This document shows, one piece after another, positions 12,701 to 27,700 of a stretch of DNA of 64,000 nt. The notes under the pieces were generated by a model. The model made no database searches. It had not been told where the DNA came from and saw only the letters and a program-made list of their open reading frames with translations. Origin of the DNA: Chiloscyllium plagiosum (Eukaryota). The stretch is from positions 45,240,423 to 45,304,422 of the forward strand of contig NC_057719.1 of assembly GCF_004010195.1 (NCBI RefSeq), in the 5' to 3' direction. Within the stretch, counting starts at the first letter, position 1. Each line of letters begins with the position of its first letter. Made by a program: the position numbers and the translations under genes.

Positions 12701-15700
12701 CACAATGTGGAACTGCAATTGATCTAGAAAACTCTCACTCTCCCTGATGTTATGTAGCAACTTCACTATCCCTCAAACTCAGAATTTCTGACTTTCAGCT
12801 GAAGCAGCTAAAATCACTTCCTGGTCTTAAAAACAAAATAAAGACTCCTTGAACTTAGGTCTTGTGACACCACACTGGTTATTTTGCTTAATTACAGCAC
12901 TGACTGACCTGGCTGTCCACATTGTGGTTGGTCAGATCCAAGAGGAGTCCGAGTGTCAGGAATTTCCTGTCCTCTTCCATCCACGCACCAGCAGTATCCT
13001 GTACCACTGTGGCATTGTAGAGGCTTGAAGTTCCCCTCCTGATCACACTCAGGGATATGGACTCCAACAACAGTTTGCAATCCACGAAGATTCAACTCTG
13101 CTTGCAGTCTTTCTCGGTACTGTTCACAAGCAGTCTTTGGGCGTTCAATGGGTTCTGTTCAAACAAACAACAACTGATTGGAAAAAAGTTTCAAAAGAAT
13201 GCACAAATGTCTCAAAATGGACAACATAACATCTTTTCTTATAAAATCTGAGTGTCATTAGTCAATGAGACAAATCTATAACTAGGTCAATATATTTTAA
13301 CATAATTAACATGTGGTAATCTTGATCATCATCTCAAATGGGTTTCCACCTCTATTACCACTAGAGATTTATCTGCACATAAACTAATTCAGATTTGCAA
13401 TGAATTTTAAGATTTTTCACATAGAAAATCATAGACATTTTTGTATGTCCTTGGATGAATATTGTTTAATGACAGTGTTTTGAAGAGCAGTCATCTTGCC
13501 AAAATATTATTCTTGGAATTGAATCGGAAAGAAATTCCCATGGAAGAATGTGGATGTTTCGGAATATTTGATTGGAATATAATAGGAGACAAATCAATGT
13601 CAGATTATTAAAAAAATTTGGAGGCCTTTATTGACGAAATACAGAGCATTATTGTGCTGGGACAGTATGCAATTGGGAAGGTCAATATTGTGTTAGTCTT
13701 TAATATAAGGTGGTTGGAGTAGAAGACTAAAAAAGATCATGCTTATATAGAGTTTTGGTGGGACCACTGTTGAAAACATGTTTACAGTTTTACTCTTCTT
13801 AACCATTTCTTTGGTTTGGAGGTGGTGTAATGAATAATCATTCAGTTGATTTCTGGAATAAGTGTGCTTGCTGGCTTTTGAGAAGAGATTGAGTAGAATT
13901 GACACAATTGTTTTGGAGTTTAAAATAACAAGAGGAAATCTCACTGTACCATATAAAATCCTTAAAGGGTCCTCAGGTTGATTTCAGAGGCTGTTTTCTG
14001 TGACAGGTGAGTTCAGAACTTGAAGTCATAGCAACAGAATTATGAATTGGCATTTGGGACTGAGATGAGGAGATAGCTCTTTACTTGGATAGGATGTTAA
14101 TCTTTGGAAATTTTCTCTCCTTTGGTTATGGAGGTCCACTTGCTTGTTATATTTAAAACTGACAACTATCAATTTTTACATACTAAGGAAATGTAGGGAT
14201 ATGAAAATGGAGTTAATATAAGGTTCACCATAATCTTACTGAATGGCTTGGCAGGTTCAAGGAGCCATATGGCTTCATCTTCCTTCAATTTTTCATATTA
14301 TTTTGATCCTGCAACTGCTATAGTAAGCAGTTAAAGTTTTGTTTTTCAAACATTTTCTGTTTCTTTGCATTCATCTGTTCATTTTCAGACTTGCTGAACA
14401 GTCGCCAAAAGTTTTGTTCTTGCTCACATCAGGGCAAGTGCAAGAATGCCAACTTCAAAAGATTAAAATAATTTATATTACTGGGTAAATGGTGCTGGTT
14501 GGTTGGTAAATTAATTCTGATTGACTAAGGAATGCTGTGGAAAGTTCCTGGGTTATTCAATAACTTGGATGGCTTGAATATATCATTTTGTTTACAAGAC
14601 CTGTGTTTGTATAGAACCAGTTGGTGTTGGGGCAGCACAGTGGCTCAGTGGTTAGCACTGCTGCCTCACAGCACCAGGATCCCAGGTTCGATTCCAGCCT
14701 TGGGCAACTGTCTGTATCGAGTTTGCACATTCTCCCTGTGTCTGCATGGGTTTCCTCCCACAGTGCAAAGATGTGCAGGTCAGGTGAATTGGCCATGCTA
14801 AATTGCCCGTAGTGTTAGGTGCGTTAGTCAGAGGGAAATAGGTCTGGGAGGGGTTACTCTTCAGAGGGTCGATGTGGACTTGTTGGGCTGAAGGGCCTGT
14901 TCCACACTGTAAGGAATCTAATCAGTCTGACTCAAGATTGGGAGACAGACAGACTTTAGCATGACACCTTTCATACATTGTCTGAGCTGAGATGTCACTT
15001 ATTTTTAATAAAACATTAAGTTATCTCAAGAATGTGACTTAAAAGGATTTCACATGTTCTGTGATTTACGTATTAGTGAACCAAAACCTGCAACCCATTC
15101 TAAAAAATGAAAGACTTAACAGCAATCTAGGCTTGATCAATATAGCATTTCAATTGCATGACACTGTAACCTTTTGCTATAAATTCTGCATCTTATGATC
15201 CTGTTCCACAGCTACCTGATGAAGGAGCAGCGCTCCGAAAGCTAGTACTTCCAAATAAACCTGCTGGAATATAATCTGGTGTTATATGATTTTTAACTTT
15301 GTCCACCCCAGTCCAGAACTGGCACCTCCACATTATGTTATTTATAGCAAACATAAATGATTCACGTCTTAGGCTTCACTGGCTATTTTCGTTTGGTGGT
15401 CAGTATACAGTACACTGAGGACTGTTCTGCAAGTGTTACACAATCATAAAATCATATCCAACAGTGGACACTTTCTTTGGTTTTTGAAACTTTGTGCTGA
15501 TTGAGATCCACCTCTGCTGTGCCTATAACAAATAGAGGAAGGGAGCTCGTGTATGACAATTTTTGAGACCACAATTGTTTACAATATATAAATGACTTGG
15601 TGTAAGGAAGTGAATGTAATGTAGCCAAATTTACAGACAACACAAATATAGATGGAAAGGCAGGTTGTGAGAGGCTACAAACAATTTACAGACAAATATA

Positions 15701-18700
15701 GATAGGTTAATTAAATGGGCAAAAAGTTGGCAAATGGAATATAATGTGGGAAAATGTGGAGTTGTTCATTTTGGAAAGCAGAACAAAAGAATAGGAGTAT
15801 TATTTAAATAGAGAAAAACTATAGAAAGCTGCAACATTAAGGGACTTGGGGTACTTATGGGTAGGTGCAGTAGATACTCAGGAAAGCTAATGGAATGTTG
15901 GCCCTTATTTCGAAGGAGTTGGAGTATAAAGAGTAGGAAAGTCTTTCTGCAACTGCACAAGCTGGTGGTGAGACTACATCTGGAGGACTGTGAGCAGTTT
16001 TGATGCTCTTATTTAAGGAAAGGTATGATTTCATTGGAGGCAGGTCAGAGAACGCTCACTCAAATGATTCCCGGTATGAAAGGATTGTCTTAGGAGCAAA
16101 GGCTAAATAGGGTGCAACTTTACTCACTAGCATTTAGAAGAATGAGCAGCAGTCTCATTGAAACAAAGATGATTCTCAAGGGGCTTGACAGAGTAAATGC
16201 TGCAAGGATGATTCACTTGAGAGACTAGGATTAAGAGAGCATAATAATACGGTTCCAATTTAAGACTTAAATGAGGAGGAAATGTTTTCTCAGAGTTGAG
16301 AGCTCCTTGCCACTGAAGGCTGTGGAGGCAGAGTCCTTGTGTATATTTAAGGCTGAGATAGATAGATAAATAGAGGGCGGCGCAGTGGCACAGCAGTTAG
16401 CACTGCTGCCTCACAGCGCCAGAGACCCTGGTTCAATTCCCGCCTTAGGTGACTCTCTGTGTGGAATTTGCACATTCTCCCCATGTCTGCGTGGGTTTCC
16501 TCCCACAATCCAAAAATGCGTAGGTTAGGTGAATTGGCCGTGCTAAGTTGCCTGTAAACGTAGGGGAATGGGGCTGGGTGGGTTGCGCTTCGGCGGGTCA
16601 GTGTTGACTTGTTGAGCTAAAGGGCCTGTTTCCACACTGTAAGTAATCTGATAGATACTTGATCAGTGAGGGAATAAAGGGCTATAGGAAAAGACAGGAA
16701 AGTGGACTTGAAGAATGTTGGATCAGCCATGATCCTATTATATGGCAGAACAGGCTCGAGGGGATGAATGGCCTACTCCTGTTCCGACTTCTTCTGCTCC
16801 TATGGAATAACTGAAGGTACAATCTGTTTGATTTGATCAGCCAATCATTGCAGTTATTGACTTAAAAATCTGGCATCATTTTGGCAATGGAATTACACAA
16901 TGTTCTTTAATTGTATGGCAGGCTGAAGACCATTTTGGATTGATGGTAACATCCTGAAAATATTACTCATATTGCCACTGCATTGAAATGTGACTTGGCT
17001 CACTTAAACTGTTGTTCAAATCTTTGAGATACTTTGACATTCTAGGATAATTTGAGGTAGACTGCAAACTTTTCAGGTCTGGAAGCAGGAGCCATTACCA
17101 ATGTGTTAGTTTGCAGATGCACCATCCCTTAAGTCATACACTGATTCTCCTCATCTTGCTGTTTCTCCTCTGCCTTCTGTGTACACTGAGAATAATCTAG
17201 AGATAGCTACCCCTGAAAATTTACTTTTTAAATTAAATCTTGAAAAATCTGACCACATATCCTCAATTCTTGCCCTCTCTTACATTGGTGCTAACAATAT
17301 GTTTCACGATTTCTAGTTCACTTCCTACCCTGCAGCGATGTTGTGCATGATCCGTGATGTCCATTAATCCTGGCACCGTGTAAGCAAGATGTCTTTAGGA
17401 ACTTATGATGATGGTTGCGGAAATGCTCACTGAAACTCCGACCAGGCTCCTTTTCTAATATTTGCTTTTCCCTTTCATGCTGTCAGTAGTGCTACGGTCT
17501 GGTCTGTATTCTGCCAGAATAGTGTCATTCCCAGCAGTCTCCAATATGGAGGATGCATTTGAGAGTGGCATAAACTCTGCAGATTCCTGCGTTTGCTGCT
17601 TCTTCCGTCTCATTTAGATGACCATCCAGTTATGAACCTGAACTCTCACAGCTGAAGATGGGAGCCATAAACTGGAACCTATGATTGATTGAGGAAATTC
17701 TCTGAGGCTTTAGTGCCTGTAAATCTTAGAAATCCAAACCGCGAGTTGAGGCAGCTGGAGCCATTTCCTACTAAGAAAACAAATTAAAAATCTTTGACCT
17801 CCTCTGTTTCACTGAATACTGCCCTCATTATAACACTGACTGACCTGGCTGTCCACACTGTGGTTGACCAGTTCCAGGTGGTGTCCTTGTCCCAGGAATT
17901 TCCTGTCCCCTTTCATCCACACACCAGCAGTGGCCTGTACTGCCATGGCACTGCAATGGCTTGAAGTTTCCCTCCTCATCACACTCAGGGATATAGGCTC
18001 CAATTAGAGGTTGTGATCCACGCAGACTCAGCTCTGCTTGCAGTCTCTCTCGGTGCTGTTCACAAATAGTCTTTGGACGTTCAACGGGTCCTGATCAAAC
18101 AAACAGCAACTGATTTGAAACAGTCATAAATTAGTGGACATTGTAACATCTTTTCTTCATCTCTCTCGGTGTCAAGAACCTCTTGATTGGTCAGAAAAAT
18201 ATTGTATCTAAGCCAGGATATTTGAACTTAATTAATGTGATAATCTCAATAATCATCTCAAATATTTTCACCTTTTCTCATGACCAGAGATCTATTCATA
18301 CACACCAGAATTCAGAATAACAAGTAGTTTACTGTATTCACAACCCTAGAGTTTTGTATCTGTCATTTGATCAATGTTCTTTTAGAGTACTGCTACGAAG
18401 AAATATTGTCGTAGTAATTATCTCCCAGAATCATTGTTCCTGGAATGGAATTGGATGAATTTTCTTTGGAAGAATGTGATTGTGTAGGATTATTTTACTG
18501 GAACGTAATAGAAGAAAAAAAGATCTCACATGATTTCTAGATTACATACACGTAACTAAAGAACAAAGTAACTCACATCCTCGAAGGGTAGAAAGAGACC
18601 AAAACAATGTCGAAAGCCACACAGATATTTGAAATTTTATTTTATTTATGTTTTTTTTAAAGGTGCATTTATTTAGCTTTAATCTTTTGTTCATACATGT

Positions 18701-21700
18701 ATTGTATTTTTCATCTATTTCTGAATCTTAGAATGAGGATAAACTGCTATTTGAGTTCAGCTGTAAAACCTGAGGAAATGATTACTGTAATTAATTTCTG
18801 TGAAGATGGTATCGGGGAGCAGCAATGGAAGAGAGAGATCTCTAGGAATTAAGGCACATTGAGAGCTGGATGACAACAGAAAAGAACAGCGATAGAGGTG
18901 GGGCAATAATCAGAGAGGATAACCAGACCTTTGTGATGGAAGTTAATGTGGTCAGAGTTCTTGTTCAGTGATCAAATAATGTTACAATGTCAAACAGTAA
19001 TGACAGGCTTGACGTATACACAGGAAATGACAGATGACTATATTAGCTGGTTCCATGATAACCAGCTTTTGTAAATTACACCATGCTGTTGATTGCCAAA
19101 TTCCAAGTTAGACTCACAAAATTATTTTTGTTTCTTTGAACTCCCCAAGTTTTACTGCAACACCGGTCATTTTGCTTAATTACAAATACTGACTGACCTG
19201 GCTGCCCACACTGTGGTTGACCAGTTCCAGGGGGTATCCTTGTCCCAGGAATTTCCTGTCCCATTTCATCCACACACCAGCAGTGGCCTGTACTGCCGTG
19301 GCACTGCAGAGGCCTGAAGTTCCCCTCCTCATCACACTGAGGGATATAGGCTCCAACTAAAGGTTGTGATCCACGCAGGTTCAGCTCTGCTTGCAGTCTC
19401 TCCCGATAGTGTTCACAAGATGTCTTTGGGCGTTCAATGGGTACTAAATCAAACAGAATGATTCTGATTTTAAAATAATTACAAAATACAAGAATAAACC
19501 ATGCAATTCAAAGAACGCCCCTTCTTATCACTATCAGTCTGTTTATAGGGAAGAAAACAAAATGGAATTTTGTGCCCTGTCCCATGGCAAGTTCGGTGGT
19601 GGAAGAGGATTTAATCTGGCAGGAGCTTGGTGAGTGGGGACCCTGCCCCTTCTTCTTTCTGCCCTGATGGCTTTCATCCCATTTATTAATGCTACAGGCC
19701 TCAAATTGACCACCAGCTCTCAGCAGGTGGAACATCTGTTTCCAGGGTCCTCTATCCTAGGGAAAGCCTGCCATTCCCTTTCAAGTTTGGGCTTCAAATA
19801 CACACAGCAGGCCTTCCCTAAAAGTGGGACCTTGGGCTCCCTGTGGGACTTCAGCCAAAACTTCCCTCACCTCCACAGGATTCCACCAAGAGATACTACA
19901 TGATATTCCTAATGCAGCATCTCAAATTGCTACTGGTTATAGAGTTATAGAGCTGTACAGAATGGAAACAGACCCTTCTGTCCAACTTATAAATGCCAGC
20001 CAGGAAACCTTAAGTAATCTATTCCCATTTGCCAACATTTGTCCCACATCCCTCTGAACCCTTCCTATTCATATATCCATCCTTTTAAATGTTGTAATTG
20101 TGCCAGCCTCCGCTACTTTCTCTGGAAGCTCATTCCATACATGCACCGCCCTCTGCATGAAAAAGCTGCCCCTTACATCTCTTTTATATCTTTCCCCTCT
20201 CACCCTAAGCTTATGCTTTCCAATTCTGCACTCCTCCACTCCAGGGAAAAGACGTCATCTATTTATCCTATTTATTATACCTCCTATGTTCACATAAATG
20301 TCATGTTTATATAAATGTTGAAAAGTAGTGGACTCAGTACTGATCCTTGTGGCACACCAATGATCATAGGCCTCCAGTCTGAAAATCAACCCTCCACCAC
20401 CACCCTCTGTCTTCTACCTTTGAGCCAGTACTGTATCCAAATGGCTAGTTCTCCCTGTATTCTATATGATCAAACCTTGATAACCAGTCTACCATGAGGA
20501 ACCTTGTGGAATGCCTTATTGAAGTGCATGTACATCACATCCACTATTCTGCCTTTTTCAATCCTTTTTGTTACTTCTTCAAAAGACTCAATTAAGTTAG
20601 TGAGACACGGTTTCCCACACACAGAAAGCCATGTTGACTATCCCTTATCAGTCCTTGCCTTTCTAAATACATGTAAATCCTGTCTCTCAGGATTCCTTCC
20701 AACAGCTTGCCCACCATTGATGGCAGGTTCACCAGTCTATAGTTCCCTGGCTTTTCCCTACCACCTTTCTGAAACAGTGACACCACGTTAGCCAATCTCC
20801 AGGCTTCCAGCACTTTACCTGTGACTATTGATGATAGAAATGTCTCAGCAAAGGGCCCAGCTTCCAATAGAGTCCCAGGGGGCATCTGATCAGGTCCCAG
20901 AGACTTATCAACCTTTATGCATTTTAAGACATCCAGCACCTCTTCCTTGGCAATATGGATATTTTCCAAGATGTCGCTATTTATTTCCCCACATTCTCTA
21001 CCTTCCATGTCCTTCTCCACAGTAAGCACTGATGCAAAATACTCATTTAGGATCTCTCCAATCTCCTGCGGTTTCACACAAAGGCTGCCTTTTGATGTTT
21101 AAGGGGCCCAATTCTCTCCCGAGTTACCCTTTTGTTCTTAATGTATTTGTAGAATCCCTTTTGATTCTCCTTAACCCTATTTGCCAAAGCTAGCTCATGA
21201 ACCCTTTTTGACCTCCTGATTTCCCAGTTAAGTACACTCCTACTGCCTTTATACTCTAAGGATTCATTTGATCTCTGCTTTCTATACCTGGCTTATGCTT
21301 GCTTCCTATTCTTAAACAAAATCTCAATTTCTCTTGCCATCCAGCATTCCCTTTATCTTTACAGGAACATAATGTCTCTGGACTCTTATTATCTCATTTT
21401 TTAGCTATCCCTTTACCTGCAAACATCTGCCCCCAATCAGCTTTTGAAAGTTCTTGCCTAATACTATCAAAATTGGCCTTCCTCCAATTTAGAACTTTAA
21501 GTTTTAGATCAAGTCGGTCCTTTTCCATCACTACTTTAAAACTAATAGAATTATGGTCACTGGCCTCAGAGTGCTCATCCACTGACACTTCAGTCACCTG
21601 CCCTGCCTTATTTCCCAAGGGTAGGTCAGGATTTGCACCTTCTCTAGTAGGTACATCCACATACTGAATCAGAAAATGTTCTTGTACACACTTAATAAAT

Positions 21701-24700
21701 TCATCTCCATTCAAACCTTGAACACTATGGCAGTCCCAGTCTAAGACTGGAAAGCTAAAATCCCCTCCCATAGCCACCCTATTATTCTTACAGATAACTG
21801 TGATCTCCTAACAAATTTGGTTCTTAATTTCATGCTGACTTCTGGGGGGTCTATAGTACAATCCCAATGAGGTGATCATCCCTTTCTTATTTCTCGGTTT
21901 CATCCAAATAACTTCCCTGGATGTATTATCAGGAATATCCTCTGTAAGTACTATCATAATCTCTAATCAAAAATGTCACTCCCCTTCATCTCTTGCCCAC
22001 CTTTCTATTCTTCCTACAGCATCTATACTCTGGAACATGAAGCTGTCAGTCTTGTCCATCCCTGAGCCATACCTCTGTAATTGCTCTGATGTCCCTAGAT
22101 AATATGGTTATAGAGATAGGAATCCTGGCAGTGAGTAATTCACCTCCTGAAGTCTGAGTGTGATGGAATATGTTCCACTTGCCCAATGGGTGCAACTCCA
22201 GCAACACTCAAGATGCTTAAAAAGCATCCAGGAAAAATACAATCTGCTTGATTGTCACCATGTCACCCTCACTTCTTATATCACCGATGCCCAGTAGCAG
22301 CTATGGCGTACCATCTACAAGAATGACTCCAGAAAGTCATTAAAGCTCCTGAGACAGCACCTTCCAAACTGATGATCACTTTATTTTTAATCTAGAATGA
22401 CAAAGGCAGCAGATACATGGGAATACTACCACCTGCAAGTTTCCCTCCAAGCCACTCACCATCCTGACTTGTGATGTTGAAGAAAGTGAATGGACCAAAG
22501 CCAAGTTTGTGGACAATTCAAAAATAGATGGGTAGACAAGTGGTAAGAATAAATCAAAGAATCTATAGAAGGATGCAGACAGGTTAAGCAAGAGGGCAAA
22601 AACTTGGCAGAAGGAATATAAATGTGGGAAAATGTGATGTTATTCAGTTTCACAGGAAGAAAAGGAGAATATTACTGAAATGTAGAAAGAATGCAGAAAG
22701 CTGCAGCACAGAAGGATTTGGCAGTCCTTGTGCATAAATAAAAGTGCTAGCACATAGTTTAGTGTGTAAAGGGAAAGGCAAATGGACTGCTGGCCTTTAT
22801 TTCACAGGGAATAGAGTATTAAAATAGGAAAACCTTGCTAAAATTATAAAACGCATGAGATGGACCACACCTAGAATACTGTGAAACGTTTTGGTCCCTT
22901 ATCAAGGAAAAATATACTGGCAGTGGAGACAGTTCCAAGAAGGTTCACTCGGTTGAATCTGGGCATTGAGAATTTTTTTTTCTCAGACGTGGTTAAGTAG
23001 GTTGGGATTGTACTCACTGGAGTTTATAGGAATGAGAGGAAACTTTATTGAAAATTATAAGATTCTTAGTATTTACATTGTCAAGCCACCTGAAAGGCAA
23101 TTACTCATTGTGGGAGAATCTAGAGCCAAAGGGTATAATCTCAGACTAAGAGGTTATCCATTTCAGACAGAGTTTAGGAAGAATTTCTTCTGTCAAACGA
23201 TAGCAATCTGTGGAAATCTTAATCTAAGAATGCTGCCGATACAGTGACATTTAGTATTTTCAAGGCTGAGATAGACAGATTTTTAATCAGTAAAGGAATC
23301 AAGGATTATGGGGAAAAGGCAGGAAAATGGAATTAAGGATTATCAGATCAGCCAGAGTCAAAGGGCCAAATGGCTTGTTACTGCTTCCACGCCTTATGGT
23401 CTTAATAAGAAGTTTTTGAATCAAAATGGAGGGAAAAAACCTGGATTCAATTAGGAATTGCTTTGGTAGATGTATCTCACCAAAATTTTTTTCTTGAGTG
23501 CAAAGCAAAATAATTTTTTTTATTAGATTCCCTACAGTGGAAACAGGTCCTTTGGCCCAACCAGTCCACACTGACCCTCCGAAGAGTAAACTGCCCAGAC
23601 CCATTTCCCTCTGACTAATACACCTAACACTATGGGCAATTTAGCATGGCCAATTGACCTGACCTGCACATCTTTGGACTGTGGGAGGAAATTGGAGCAC
23701 CCGGAGGAAACCCACGAAAACACAGGGAGAATGTGCAAACTCCACACAGACAGTTGCCTAAGGCTGGAATTGAACCTGGGACCCTGGTGCTGTGAGGCAG
23801 CAGTGCTAATCACTGAGCCACCGTGCCGCCCAAATTTGTTTGGATGTATTCAATTTGCGAAAGATATTTTAATGTTGCAATATGAGAGGGGAGAAAACTA
23901 AAATCAGGAATAAGATTCAAGGTTAGATTTTTAAATTGAACTGGGAACACATTGTTCAAATAATTTCCAGGTCCCAACCCCAGTTGTGCTGCATACTGCA
24001 TACAGTTCTGGTTGCCACATTACCAAAAGGATGTGGATGCTTTGGAGAGGGTGCTGAGGAGGTTCACCAGGATGTTGCCTGATATGGAGGGTGTTAGCTA
24101 TGAAGAGAGATTGAGTAGATTAGGATTATTTTCATTAGAAAGATGGAGGTTGAGGAGGGACCTGATTGAGGTCTACAAAAGCATGAGAGGGAGAGACAGG
24201 GTGGATAGCAAGAAGCATTTTCCCAGAGTGGGGGACTCAGTTACTAGGGGTCATGAGTTCAAAGTGAAAGGGAAAAAGTTTAAGAGAGATATGCATGGAA
24301 AGTTCTTTATGCAGAGAGTGGTTGGTGCTTGGAACGCGTTGCCAGCGGAGGTTGTAGAGGCGGGTACAATAGTGTCATTTCAGATGTTTCTAGACACATA
24401 CATGAATACGTAAGGAGCAAACGGATATAGATCCTTAGGAAATAGGCGACAGATTTAGATAGAGGATCTGGATCAGCGCAGGTTTGGAGGGCCAAAGGGC
24501 TTGTTCCTGTGCTGTAATTTTCTTTGTTCTTTGTTCAACAGCAATCAGGAGGGTCACGGATCCCGAATGGACCTTTGTAAAAGGCAACTGACAGCTCTGA
24601 CTAGGCTTGATGTTTGCTGTTGTCCTTCACTGGAGGGCAAAGATCAAGCTGGTGCTCAAAGACAAGAATCTATGAACAAAGTCAAGCTTTTACAATGCCT

Positions 24701-27700
24701 GTAAAAGCATTCACAGAGATTGTTGCTGACAGCAACCCTTTCTGGTGACCAACAGATGAAATCTCTTAACAGACTAAAAGGACTTTGAGGTCTCCTCAGA
24801 GGTCAGCATTGAAGCTTGCACATGAACAATGTGGGACCAGGTTCAATGACCCTTTAGGATCTGGAAAGCTGAATGGCAAGCAACAGCCAGATGACAGTTC
24901 TCTCACCCAGAGTCATACAGCACAGAAAGAGACCCTTCAGTCCAACTTGTCCACGCTGACCAAATTTCCCAAACTAAACTAGTCCCACTTGCTTGCATTT
25001 GGCCGATACTCCTGTAAACCTTTCCTATTCATGTACCTGCTCAAATGTCTTTTAAATGTTGTAACTGTACCTGCATCTACCACTTCCTCTGGCAGATCAT
25101 TCCCACATAAACCACCCTCTATGTAAAATAATTGCCCTTCAGATCCCTTTTAAATCTTTCTCCTCTAACCTTAAAAACCTGCCCCCCTAGTTTTGAAGCC
25201 TCCACCCTAGGGAAAACACCCTTGCCATTTGCCTTATCGATGCTCCTCATGATTTATAAACCTCTATAAGGTCACCCTTCAACTGCCTGTGCGCCAGTAA
25301 AAAATGCCCCAGCCTATCCAGCCTCTCTTTATAACTCAAACCCTCCAGTCCTAGCAACAACCTGAGCAGACTGATTTCCCGAAGCTCTCCCAAACACCAC
25401 CTGGCCAGGTGTCCAGTTGCATTTTTGAGATAACAGCCAGCCTCATAAATGGAGCTCAATAGTGAATGAGGCATCCCTGAGGAATGTACCAAGTTTCATC
25501 AACATCATTGTGGAGTAGCTCAGCAAGGCCAGGCCATGCATACAGTGCTCCCCTTTATCTAATATGAGTGCCCAACAGTCAACAGAAGGCTTGAACGTAT
25601 GGTGGTGTTGCTGACATCCACAATCTCACTTCAATAGAGGAAGCAGCATGGAAAACTGGCAGGTGATCAATGCAATAGGCAAACAGTGAGACTGGAAGCC
25701 ATAATGGAAGCTCATGCCCGAAACGTTGATTCTCCTGTTCCTTGGATGCTGCCTGACGTGCTGCGCTTTTCCAGCAACACATTTTCAGCTCTGGAAGCCA
25801 TAATGAGCAGGGTGATTGAATAGTTTTATCTTCATGTGAAGAGTGACGAGGAATGTCCTGCTCAATATGTGTTTTGGCTCTTTGACAGCTGTCACCTGTG
25901 GAGTTGGTTGAGTTGAGGCACCTACTGGATTTCTTGAGTTTTCATCACCACCTTCTTGTATCTCCCTGCAGTGGAGGGGTAGATGAATGTTCCTGTGCAG
26001 ACATCCCCAGCCTCCTCCACAGAACCGGAACAATTAAATCATTTATTTGCATAACCACTGGCAAATGCACACTTACTTTATCTGGACCTCAGTCAAAATT
26101 AGACAAGTGAGCAGCACATCACCAGTGATCAAGAAGAGGAGAGTGAGGCAGAGTTAGCTGTAGGTAGTTGCCTTTGGAGGACAGATGCCAGTCATAGTTA
26201 TACTTCACTGGGTGAAGGTGCTGCACAAATGATATTCAAAACAGGAAGAATTGTCCAGGACATCGAAGACAAATGTATTCCTGAATGCCAAAGATCCTGG
26301 AAGCATTGTGGAGCCATAAGCACTAATGGACATCTGTGTGCCCACGTTCTCAATCAGGGCTCAGGGGCACACCCACGTTCTCAATCAGGACTCTGGGGCA
26401 CACCCACGTGCTCCGTCGGGGCTCAGGGGCACACCCACGTGCTCTGTCAGGACACGGGCACACCCCCGTGCGCCGTCAGGACTCATGGGCATACCCACGC
26501 TCTCCGTCAGGGCTCATGGGCACACTCATATGCTATCGTGAGTACACAGGGCAAACCCACGTGCTCCATCAGGGCTCATGGGCACACCCATGTGCTCTGT
26601 CAGAGCTGAGGAGCACACCCACGTGCTCCGTCAGGGCTCATGGGCACACCCACGTGCTCCGACAAGGCTCATGGGCACACCCAGGTGCTCCGTCAGGGCT
26701 CCAGGGCATAGCCACATACTCCGTCAGGGCTCACGGACACACCCACTTGCTCCATTAGGGCTCCAGGCACACCCCGTGCTCCGTCAGGGCTCATGGGCTC
26801 AACCACATGCTCTGTCAGGACACAGAGGCACACCCACATACTCTGTCAGGGCTCCGGGCACACCCAGGTGCTCCGTCAGGGCTCCAGGGCATAGCCACGT
26901 ACTCCGTCAGGGCTCACGGACACACCCACTTGCTCCGTTAGGGCTCCAGGCACACCCCGTGCTCCGTCAGGGCTCATGGGCTCAACCACATGCTCTGTCA
27001 GGACACAGGGGCACACCCACATACTTCGTCAGGGCTCCGGGCACACCCAGGTGCTCCGTCAGGGCTCCGGGGCATAGCCACGTACTCCGTCAGGGCTCAT
27101 GGGCACACCCACTTACTCCGTCAGGGCTCCGGGCACACCCACGTGATCTGTCAGGACACAGGGGCACACCCACGTGCTCCGTCATCTCTTGACGTCATCT
27201 CCCATTTGAGTGGGAGCAGCGGCCGAGTTGAGGTGAACCCGGGACATCGAGGGCCCAAGGGCCTGTACTGCGCTGTATTCTTCTATGTTCTATGTTCTAT
27301 GTTCTATTGTGTCCTCTGCCCCTTAGGTTCACAAACCTCTCCATGCCGCAAAGCCCTGTGACAGATGTTACCCTGCGATAAGTCAATGCAACAGCCTGGG
27401 GATGAGCCTCCCTGTGGAGATCATGGACATCCCATTCTTAATGTCGCTGGGAGTCAATGGGATTATTCAGATGCGCGTTTGCTCGATGGAGAACTTCTCT
27501 CTCAGATCGAAAGTCCGAGAATGATCTGTCATAGGTCTGAGTGCCACCAGGTGAACCACTGTCGAATAAGTGTGGCTCTTGCTATCATTTCAATCCCACA
27601 AGCCCTGAGACAAACTGGGTGGCCTTCCTCAAAAGCCTGATCAGCTAGCTCCTCTGCAATTCCACCAGTATTCTTTTCTTCCTTCTTCTCTGCTTCTCTG

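Noticed and set aside
14629..14710. tRNA gene
   Set aside because: The A and B boxes belong to the SINE head, which is followed by a SINE body and tail in six copies.
26340..27185. CRISPR-like array
   Set aside because: The units are contiguous with no unique spacers, and the context is vertebrate.
26229..27361. Long His/Gly/Pro-rich ORFs
   Set aside because: They are translations of the minisatellite, which stays open in several frames.
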